Position numbers and translations under genes: made by a program. A stretch of DNA of 25,163 bases, taken from positions 1-25,163 of IMG/VR virus record IMGVR_UViG_3300021976_000008; one strand, 5' to 3'. Origin of the DNA: a virus (taxonomy: Duplodnaviria; Heunggongvirae; Uroviricota; Caudoviricetes). This document shows positions 13,820 through 21,800 of the stretch, piece by piece (within the stretch, counting starts at the first letter, position 1; every line of letters begins with the position of its first letter). The notes beneath the pieces were generated by a model, which did no database searches, was not told the DNA's origin, and was given only the letters and a program-made list of their open reading frames with translations.

Positions 13820-14371
13820 ATGGACTGGTGGCAGGACGTGTACGCGATCCACTCCAACCTCAACTGGTACCGCTCTTGGCCTGATGTCGTGCCTGAGGGC
13901 CGGGCTTATGTCCAAGACAGCATGCCTCGGCTGCTCATGTCGCAATGCGACTACAACAGAGTCGAGGGCGGCCTGCCCGCCGACGAGCCCGGCTTCTGCA
14001 TGCTCGAATGGGATGTCGCTCTATCGATAGACCAGCGAGCGCGGTTCGCCGAGTTAGCTGAAGAGACGCCGGACAAGATCCTCGTAGCTCCGTATACCAA
14101 GGATTACAAGGGCGGGGCTTGCGTTCAAATACATCGCCGGATGGGATTTATCCCCATCGAAGAGGGATCGCCGAAGACTGACTTCTTCGCTTTCGGCTGC
14201 ATCTACTTCCCTCAGAAGATCTTGCAGGAATGGTACGCCTTCAGGCTGTCCCACCTGCCGCACATGTCGATCAAGTTTGACGACACCCGCTTTTCTCAGT
14301 GGCACTGGGACTTTCACGGCCCCGCCGATGTCACTTGGGACGTCCACCCGCAACATCTTCACGGCGACTGA
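13820..14371 (+). CDS. Putative GT-A fold glycosyltransferase-like protein, 183 aa (start uncertain; GTG 13733 possible)
   Basis: FCMLEWDV (DxD-like), ILVAPY, FGCIYFP, FDDTRFSQW (ED..F-like) and VTWDVHPQHLH (C-terminal His) occur in GT-A order. Confidence 0.6.
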   Translation: MDWWQDVYAIHSNLNWYRSWPDVVPEGRAYVQDSMPRLLMSQCDYNRVEGGLPADEPGFCMLEWDVALSIDQRARFAELAEETPDKILVAPYTKDYKGGACVQIHRRMGFIPIEEGSPKTDFFAFGCIYFPQKILQEWYAFRLSHLPHMSIKFDDTRFSQWHWDFHGPADVTWDVHPQHLHGD

Positions 14372-14381
14372 GGAGTAGCTC

Positions 14382-14633
14382 GTGCCAAACCTTCATACCA
14401 AGCCCGACGACCAGGACCACGAGCTGGTCGATCATCTGATCTCACACCAACCGCCGCTCAGCGACGACGTCATCGCCGCCTTCCAGGCGATGCGTGAGGT
14501 GTTCGGTCACGCCGGTCACCTGGTGGTCGACCTGTGTCCGCGGACGCCGGACCGGACGGTGGCGCTGCGGAAGATCCACGAGGCATGCATGGCCTCGATC
14601 GCCTCCCTCGCTCTCAACCAAGAGGAGACGTGA
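14382..14633 (+). CDS. Acb2/Tad1-like helical hairpin protein (putative immune-signal sponge), 83 aa
   Basis: ISHQPP...AFQAMREVF...VVDLCPRTPDRTVALRKIHEACMASIASLA resembles the F.YH.P...R...cP.sRErslA.tkleEa.mwan.aiA family; RBS GAGGAG. Confidence 0.7.
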   Translation: MPNLHTKPDDQDHELVDHLISHQPPLSDDVIAAFQAMREVFGHAGHLVVDLCPRTPDRTVALRKIHEACMASIASLALNQEET

Positions 14634-14881
14634 TGAAGAAGTTCCTCGTGACACCTGCCCATGGCCGCGTCTTCCGGCGGGTCGATGCCTACACCCGGGT
14701 CCTCGTTGCCGTGCCAGGCCAGGAGATCCCCTGGGAGCTGGCCCAGGAGTGCGGGCTCATCGAGCCTGAGCCCGAGCCCGCCCCCGAGCCTTCCTCGAAG
14801 GACGAGAAGCCGCCGCCTGTGAAGCAGGAGCCGGCGCCCTCGACCATGTCCTACCCGACCAAGACGCACAAGGCCGTCTGA
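14633..14881 (+). CDS. Small virion-module protein with Pro/Glu-rich tail, 82 aa
   Basis: TGATG overlap; RBS AGAGGAG; LVAVPGQEIPWELAQECGLI then EPEPEPAPEP. Confidence 0.7.
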   Translation: MKKFLVTPAHGRVFRRVDAYTRVLVAVPGQEIPWELAQECGLIEPEPEPAPEPSSKDEKPPPVKQEPAPSTMSYPTKTHKAV

Positions 14882-14883
14882 TC

Positions 14884-15720
14884 GTGGCCGTTCGAGTCGC
14901 TGTCGGCGACCCCAGGGCCATTTCTGTCGATTTCCCGGGTGTTGCCACTGGAAACGTCACCGTTTCCGTCACGAGCGCACGGGCGGGGACGACCGTAGGC
15001 CCCTTCGTCGCGACCAGTGTCGGCGCAGGTGTCTACTCCTACCAACTGATCGACTCGATGGTTGATGCGGTTGACGATCTGCGACTCGTCTTCACCGGCA
15101 CGGTGGCTGGCATCAACTACACCCGCAAGGAGTGGGTGGAAGTTGCCGGCGCCTACTACTTCGAGGTGGCCGAAGCTCGCGCTACTGGCCCGATCGACTC
15201 GACCTTTACCGACGAAGACATCAGGCGTCAGCGAACCTCCGTCGAGGATCAGATCGAGGCCAACTGCGATACCTCGTTCGTTGCTCGATATATCGAGGAA
15301 AGGGTCTCTGGTCGAGCGCAATTCCTTCGTTTGACGCAGAACTACATCCTCAGCCTCATCGAGGTGACCGAGGACTCCGTAGATGTGACGTCTGACGCCC
15401 AGTTGGACGGTCGTTACCTCTGGCGCGGTGGGGGCGCCGAGTGGGCGTCGGGACATCGCAACGTCGTTGTGAAGACCGAGGTCGGCTTTGATGAGCGGCC
15501 CCCGGCGGACCTCAGGCGCAAGGCCATCGAGGCGACTCGCTACACCCTCCTCAGAGAGCGGCGACAAGGACTCCCGCCTCAGGCCGTGACGATCGCGACT
15601 GAGGCCGGGACGATGCGCCTGGCGATAGCCGGCCTGAGGCAGCCCTTCGGGTTGCCCGAGGTCGACGCCGTTCTCCTCAAGTGGGCACGGCGTGTCGCCG
15701 TGCCCATCGCGGGGACGTGA
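14884..15720 (+). CDS. Head-tail connector/adaptor (gp6/gp15-like) with extra N-terminal beta-rich domain, 278 aa
   Basis: FEVAEAR...TDEDIRRQR...IEANC.TSF...VVVK.EVGF...PPADLRRKAI...FGLPEVDAVL..W. Confidence 0.75.
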   Translation: MAVRVAVGDPRAISVDFPGVATGNVTVSVTSARAGTTVGPFVATSVGAGVYSYQLIDSMVDAVDDLRLVFTGTVAGINYTRKEWVEVAGAYYFEVAEARATGPIDSTFTDEDIRRQRTSVEDQIEANCDTSFVARYIEERVSGRAQFLRLTQNYILSLIEVTEDSVDVTSDAQLDGRYLWRGGGAEWASGHRNVVVKTEVGFDERPPADLRRKAIEATRYTLLRERRQGLPPQAVTIATEAGTMRLAIAGLRQPFGLPEVDAVLLKWARRVAVPIAGT

Positions 15721-15726
15721 TCGCTC

Positions 15727-16179
15727 ATGCCTGACTCCTATTGGTCTCTTGATGACGCGATCAACGGCTTTGTAGCCGCTATGCGGGCTCGGACCTGGAT
15801 TGATCAGAACAACATTCAGGTCGAAGACGCATGGCCAGGCGAGCTGGCCTTCCAACGCACCATCTGGGTCGATGAGGCCCGCAGCGTTGAAGAGGTCGCC
15901 GGCATGCGGGCCGGCGCCATCAAGATGAACGAGAACTACAGCCTCTATGTGGTCTGCGATTCCTACAAGGAAGGCGGATCTACCGCAGAGGCTCGTGCTC
16001 GGATCACGCCTCTTGTGGGTGAAGTGCTTCGCGAGATCGCAGAGAAGAAGCGCATTGACACCCCAGGCAGCAACGTCCTCGCTGCCCGAGTGGCGGGATG
16101 GAGATATGACCCCTATGTGCTCACCGAAGGCCGAGGGGTTGCTTGCAAGATCGAGATCAAAGTCACCGGTAGGAGGTAA
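15727..16179 (+). CDS. Putative tail terminator, 150 aa
   Basis: Size, position and alpha/beta pattern (VEDAWPG...ENYSLYVVC...CKIEIKVTGR). Confidence 0.6.
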   Translation: MPDSYWSLDDAINGFVAAMRARTWIDQNNIQVEDAWPGELAFQRTIWVDEARSVEEVAGMRAGAIKMNENYSLYVVCDSYKEGGSTAEARARITPLVGEVLREIAEKKRIDTPGSNVLAARVAGWRYDPYVLTEGRGVACKIEIKVTGRR

Positions 16180-16181
16180 TC

Positions 16182-16592
16182 GTGAGCGATCTTGACCCGT
16201 TTGCAAAGGGTGGTGGCCCACCCGCCGCTGCACTCACCAACGTTGGCGACTCTGTCGCCGGCACGATCATCAAGGTCGAGTACCGACAGGACACCGATCT
16301 CGCGACCGGTGAGACCAAGCGGTTCCCGGACGGCAACCCGAAGCCCGTCATCGTCGTCTATCTCAAGAACGGTGACGAAGAGCTGCGCGACTTCGTCAAG
16401 GGACGCTCTGTGAGCGAGTTCCGTCAGAAGGTCTGGGCTGTCGAAGGCGAGGGCGAAGGTCCGAAGCCGGGCGCTCAGTACAAGCGCGAGGTCATTCGAG
16501 TCGACCCGCCGAAGCGCTCTGGTTTCTCGGGAGAGAAGATCTTCGAGGTCACCTATTCCTCTCCCTCCGAAGACACAAGGGAGTTGGTCTGA
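16182..16592 (+). CDS. Actinophage-type OB-fold ssDNA-binding-like protein, 136 aa
   Basis: F.KGGG..A...VGDSVAGTI...Q.TD..TGE...F.DGNPKP.IVV.L...FVKG...GA...K.FEVTY; strong RBS AGGAGG. Confidence 0.6.
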   Translation: MSDLDPFAKGGGPPAAALTNVGDSVAGTIIKVEYRQDTDLATGETKRFPDGNPKPVIVVYLKNGDEELRDFVKGRSVSEFRQKVWAVEGEGEGPKPGAQYKREVIRVDPPKRSGFSGEKIFEVTYSSPSEDTRELV

Positions 16593-16774
16593 TGCCCAGG
16601 CGCATCTACGTCGGTCCGATCACCGAGGTTGTCACCAGGCTCGATGGCGTCGAGATGACGCTAGGTCGAGGCCAGTCGGTCGACGTCTCGGAAGAGCAGG
16701 CCGAAGTTCTCGACCGCGATGAGGTCAATTGGGCTCAGCCCAGGACCCCCAAGACCAAGGCAGGTGATAGCTGA
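16592..16774 (+). CDS. Small protein upstream of the tail tube gene, 60 aa
   Basis: YVGP..EV...RGQSVDVSEEQAEVL...W; TGATG overlaps at both ends. Confidence 0.7.
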   Translation: MPRRIYVGPITEVVTRLDGVEMTLGRGQSVDVSEEQAEVLDRDEVNWAQPRTPKTKAGDS

Positions 16775-17787
16775 TGGCCGGAGGCGTTCTTGACGCACAA
16801 GTGCACATCGGGCGCGAAACCGTCTACGGCGATGACGTCGTTCCGACCCGCTCGATCGAGGCACTGGAAGACATCGCCAGTGCTCAACGGGAACCGATCC
16901 AGTCAGTCGGCATGCGGGCGGGCCTTCAGACCGTCCGCACCGACCGGCGCCGCATGATCTTCAAGGGCGCTGAGGGCTCGATCATGGTCCACCCGCACGA
17001 GCGGGGCTTCGGCATGTTGCTGCGAGCTGCGATCGGCACCGCTTCCATTGCCCAGCAGGGCACGACCGCGGCGTGGTTGCAGACCTTCAACACTGACGCC
17101 AAGGCTCCGAACGAGTACCTCACGGCGGTCATCGGCCGCCCGCCCGTCGACCCCGATGACGCCCCGGTCCCGTGGACCTATGCCGGCGGCATCGTGCACG
17201 AGGTGACCTTCGAGCAGGAGGTTGGCGACGGGGACTCGGGTCAGCTCAAGGCGACGTTCGGCATGGACTATCAGAAGGAGCTGCTGGTGGCCGATGGTGG
17301 CCAGCCACTGCCGACTCCGGTGTACCCCAACAGCCAGTTCGTGTACGGCTGGCCGGAGTTGGAGGTGAGCGTGGACGGCGGGGCTCTCGGTGACACGCGC
17401 AGCTTCAGCGTCACGATCCCCCATGAGGTCAACCGCGAGCGCTACTACATGCGCCGGTCGACGCTGAAGAAGCAGCCGATCCGCTCCGGTGTCCCCGAGA
17501 TCACGGGCTCGATGGAGTTCGATTACGTCGACGGCGTCCTCTACGACGCCGTCCGCTCTTCGGACATCGTTCCGGTCGTCGCTGAGTGGCGGCACCCGCT
17601 GCCCAACGCGATCGCGCCAAACCGGACCTTCTTCCTCCGGCTGACCATGAACGTGCAGTTCACCGGCAACACCCCCGAGGTGAGCCTGGACGATCTGCCC
17701 AACCAGCCGATCGAGTTCATGTGCCTGCACGACGGCACGAACCCGGCGGTCAAGGTTGAGTATCAAAGCGACGATGTAGCTTTTTGA
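16774..17787 (+). CDS. Major tail (tube) protein, 337 aa
   Basis: MAGGVLDAQVHIGRETVYG..VVPTR.IE...; beta-rich; position before the chaperones and tape measure. Confidence 0.85.
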   Translation: MAGGVLDAQVHIGRETVYGDDVVPTRSIEALEDIASAQREPIQSVGMRAGLQTVRTDRRRMIFKGAEGSIMVHPHERGFGMLLRAAIGTASIAQQGTTAAWLQTFNTDAKAPNEYLTAVIGRPPVDPDDAPVPWTYAGGIVHEVTFEQEVGDGDSGQLKATFGMDYQKELLVADGGQPLPTPVYPNSQFVYGWPELEVSVDGGALGDTRSFSVTIPHEVNRERYYMRRSTLKKQPIRSGVPEITGSMEFDYVDGVLYDAVRSSDIVPVVAEWRHPLPNAIAPNRTFFLRLTMNVQFTGNTPEVSLDDLPNQPIEFMCLHDGTNPAVKVEYQSDDVAF

Positions 17788-17796
17788 GCTGCTTCG

Positions 17797-18231
17797 ATGG
17801 CTAAGCGGGGCAGCAACACCAACATCAACACCATCCCGATTGCCACGTTCATGTCGGATATCGGCCGGTTGCAGCAGCGATTGCCGAAATCCCTCGCTGA
17901 CGAGGATCAGGCGCAAGCCGGCCGCATCGCCAAGAAGGCCCGAGGCGCGGCTTCGGGCCTCGGCGGTGTCCATGCCAAAGCGGCTCCTGGCATCAAGGCC
18001 ATCAACCAGCGCCCCATCATCCGACTCTTTGTGGATGAGCACCCATACATCCTGGGTGCTGAGTTCGGTGGTGGACGACGCCCGACGACGAGGCAGTTCC
18101 CGCCTTGGCGAGGCAAGGGCGATGAGGCCGGCTATGCGCTCTATCCGACTATCCGGGAAGAGACCGAAGAGGGAAGCGAATTCCTCGACAGCTACGCCGA
18201 GGTCGTACAGGGACCCGTTGGGTTCTCCTAG
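17797..18231 (+). CDS. HK97 gp10-like tail completion/neck protein, 144 aa
   Basis: GAEFGG...RQFPPWRG...GYALYPTIRE. Confidence 0.65.
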   Translation: MAKRGSNTNINTIPIATFMSDIGRLQQRLPKSLADEDQAQAGRIAKKARGAASGLGGVHAKAAPGIKAINQRPIIRLFVDEHPYILGAEFGGGRRPTTRQFPPWRGKGDEAGYALYPTIREETEEGSEFLDSYAEVVQGPVGFS

Positions 18232-18248
18232 AGAGAAGGAACAGGCAA

Positions 18249-18644
18249 ATGCCCGTGAAGCAGCAGACCAGCCTTGCCGCCCGCGAGTCGAGCAAGAAGG
18301 ACGAGAAGGAAGAGGAGGAAGATCCGGTCTACGTCATGGTCGTCAAGGAAGGCGACAAGACCTACCGCCTCAGATCAGACGAGCTGGGTCCTGCTGACCG
18401 CCTTGCCTGCCGGCAGCAGACCGGACTCTCGCTTCAAGAGGTCATGAGTCGGTTCGACACCGACTCTGTGCTGTTCATCCTGTGGCTCGCCCGCCGCAAG
18501 AGCGGCGAGCCCAACCTCGCGTTCCAGCAAGTGATCTCCAAGTACCCGACCGACTCCTCGCTGAGCAAGCTCGACTTCCACGTCGAGGACAAGGAAGGCA
18601 ACGAAGTCGAGGTCGAAGACGACCCTTTAGTCGCCGGGGGCTGA
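18249..18644 (+). CDS. Tail assembly chaperone (gpG equivalent), 131 aa
   Basis: Position before the tape measure; acidic C-terminus; slippery site near the 3' end. Confidence 0.8.
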   Translation: MPVKQQTSLAARESSKKDEKEEEEDPVYVMVVKEGDKTYRLRSDELGPADRLACRQQTGLSLQEVMSRFDTDSVLFILWLARRKSGEPNLAFQQVISKYPTDSSLSKLDFHVEDKEGNEVEVEDDPLVAGG

Positions 18645-18832
18645 CCAAGCACCTGCCGTTCTTGTCTGAAGAGTACGGCTTGATGCCTTGGCACTTCGGT
18701 GGCGAGCAAGTCCTCACCGATAGCGAGATCCACGCCTACCTAGAGCACTACAGGGACAAGAAGAACCAAGAGCAGGCCGACGCCAAGAAGGCTCGGCAGC
18801 GAACGCCTCCGCGACGATCCAGTCGACGGTGA
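18623..18832 (+). other. Programmed -1 frameshift (C CCT TTA) giving a gpGT-like extension, fusion about 194 aa
   Basis: X XXY YYZ heptamer at 18623-18629 in the correct phase; the -1 frame reads SRRGLTKHLPFLSEEYGLMPWHFGG...SSRR to the stop at 18832. Confidence 0.8.
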
Positions 18833-18837
18833 CACCA

Positions 18838-18870
18838 GGGCCGCCCCCCTTAGGGGGCGGCCCCTTCTTG
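18838..18870 (+). terminator. 11-bp hairpin upstream of the tape measure gene
   Basis: gggccgccccc-ctta-gggggcggccc followed by cttcttg. Confidence 0.6.
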
Positions 18871-18883
18871 TGAGGCTGACGAA

Positions 18884-21800
18884 TTGGCAATCAGACGGCT
18901 TGACCTGATCATTACGAGCAACGCCACCGCAGCTCTCCGCGGCTTCGCGAGCCTTGAAGGCGCCGCCAAGGCCATGGAGAACCGGTTCGGCAAAGCCGGT
19001 CGCGCCATGTTCAACATTGGCGTCATCGGGGCCGCTGGTGCTGTTGCCTTCACGGCCAAGAGCGTGAAGGCGTTCATCGACTTCGATGAGCAGATGACCA
19101 AGTCGACGGCCATCCTCGACAACGTCTCAGGACCGGTCCGTAAGCGTCTAGAGGACGCTGCGAAGGCGATAGCTAAGACAACCACCTTCTCGGCCACTGA
19201 GGCCGCTGAGGCGTTCTACGGCCTGTTCTCCGCCGGCCTCTCCGCTGAGCAGACCATCTCCGCCATACCTGTCGTTGCCCAGTTCGCCCAGGCGGCCCTC
19301 ATGGACATGGGCCAGGCGACGGACTATCTCGTCAACGCGCAATCGTCGCTGGGTCTCTCGATGGATGACCCGATCGCCAACATGCGAGAGATGCAGCGCG
19401 TGGCGGACGTGCTGACCGAGACCAACAACCTCGCCACCGGCACCGTCGAGGAGTTCGCCGAGGCGCTGACCCACAAGGCTGGTGGCGCCCTCAAGACCGT
19501 CGGCAAGGACATCGAGGAAGGCGCCGCTGCGCTCGCCTATCTGGCCGAGCAGGGCGTCCGAGGCTCCCGTGCCGGCGAATCGCTGGCCATCTTCATCCGT
19601 GATGTGTCCAGGGCTGCAGGTAACGCCTCGTTCGTTGACGACTTCCGCAAGTTTGGCGTCGAGGTCTTCAACGCTGAAGGCAACCTGAAGAATCTCGCCG
19701 ATGTCGTGGGCGAGTTCGAACAAGCCCTCGGTCCGATGAGTGACAAGGAACGAGCCGTCACGCTCGAACAGATGGGGCTCACCCGATCTGTCGGTGACGT
19801 CATCCGTCAGATGATGGGCGGTAGTGGGGCCATCCGGGAATACGAGGTGGCTCTCCGCAATGCCGGCGGAGCGACGCAGTCCGTTGCTGACAAGCAGATG
19901 GAGTCGCTGCGGTCGAAGATCGACATCATCAAGAACCGCCTCAACGTCTTGATGATCGACTTTGGCGAGCCGGTCGCTATCTGGCTGGTCGAGGTCTTCT
20001 TCCCGTGGTTCGAGACAAAGTTCATCCCTGCATTGCGGGATACCGCTCTGTTGGTCCGCGAGGATCTCCGACCTGCCTTCGAGCTTGCGGCAAAGGCACT
20101 GGACAACCCTGCTGTCGTCAAGTTCCTCGTCTTCATGGGTGGGTTCCTGACGGTGATGATCGCCGCCTCGAAGGTGGCGAAGATCTTCGCGATCGCTGTC
20201 GGAGCTGGCGCGAACATCATCAAGATCTTCATGGTCGTCCTGCGTCCGCTGATCGGACTGGTCAAGCTCGGGGCCACGATCTTCAGTGAACTGAGATTTG
20301 CGATGTTCGCGATCAGGTACGCGATCGTGACGCAGGTCATGCCGGCGCTGACCGCACTGGCCACCATGATTGGCATTTCTGTCGGCTGGCTGATCTTGAT
20401 CATCATTGCGATCGTCGCTGTTGGTGTGGCGATCTATGTCTGGCGTGACGAGATCTGGGGCGCTATCAAGGCGGTAGGTCGCTTCTTCGTCCGCCTCTGG
20501 GACGATATCTACGGCGGCTTTGTCATGCCGATCGTCCGCTTCTTCACTGGGCCGTTCATCGATTTCTGGAAGGCCGTGTGGCAAGCCGTCGAGGGACCCA
20601 TCAAGGTCTTCCTCCGCGTCATCCAGGTTTTCGGCAGCATCATGCTGGCGATCTTGCTCGCTCCCTTCATCATCGTGGCGGGCGTCATCTACGCGGTCGT
20701 CAAGGCAATCGTTACGTGGCTCGCTAAGCACTGGTGGGAGATCGCGCTAATCATATCGACGGTTTGGGGTTACATCGTCGATGGCACGAAGTGGGTCTGG
20801 CATACGGTCATTGTGCCGCTGATCAGCCTGGCCTGGAACATCATTTACACCATGGTGTGGCGACGCATCATGTTAGTGCTAACCGTGATTCGCATGGTGT
20901 GGAATCTGATCCGCTTCACGACCTATGTGACTTGGCAGATAATCACCGGAATCATTCTCGCTGCTTGGCACTTCATCCGGGATCGGATCGCGACGCCTCT
21001 TGCGCGCTACTGGTCCGCCTACGTAGTGCCGGCGCTGACCGTGTTCTGGCAATCGACCGTGATGATCTGGAATCTTATCAAGGGCGCCTTCCAGGCCGCT
21101 TGGCACTGGCTGCGAGATACCGTCATCAAGCCGTTCATGGCCTATTGGGAAGTGTCCGTTGTCCCGAAGTTGATCGCCTTCCGCGACTCGGCCGCCCGCA
21201 TTTGGACCCAGATCAAAGACACGGCAGCGGCCGTTTGGACCCAGATCAAAGACACGGCAGCGGCCGTTTGGGACAGCATCGTCGCAGCGATCAAGACTCC
21301 GGTGAACGCGATCATCAAGGTGATCAACGCGCTCATTGACGGCATCAACGCCGTCATTGGGCTCATCAACGAGATCCCGGGCGTTGACATCCCTCGAATC
21401 CCTCGGATTCCGCTCATCGGCAGCAGCCGTGGTGGTGGTCAGGGTTCAAGCTCGCCTCAGTTGACCGGCGGCGCCAACGAGATGGGCACCTACGACCTCG
21501 CCAAGCGTGGCCCGTTCAAGACGCACGGACCACGAGCGATCGTGGGCGAAGGCGACCCCCGATTCCCCGAGTACGTCATCCCGACCGATCCTCGATTCCG
21601 CGGCCGAGCCAACATGCTGTTCTCCGGGCTCGCAAGCGAGCTGGGCGCCGGCTACCAGTTCGGCGGCATCATCGACGGAGTCACAGACGCCGTTGGCGGC
21701 GCTATCGATGCTGCCGGCGGCCTCCTCGGTGATCTGGCCCGTGGTGCCCTCAAGACCGCCTTCTCTCCGTTCAACGAAGCGGCCAAGAGTGGCCTCAACC

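Noticed and set aside
19148-20731. Long minus-strand ORFs (19148-20731, 14851-16233, 16903-18042, 12285-13391, 11351-12187, 10276-11196, 3603-4643)
   Set aside because: Antisense shadows of high-GC3 plus-strand genes; no motifs, RBS or operon logic.
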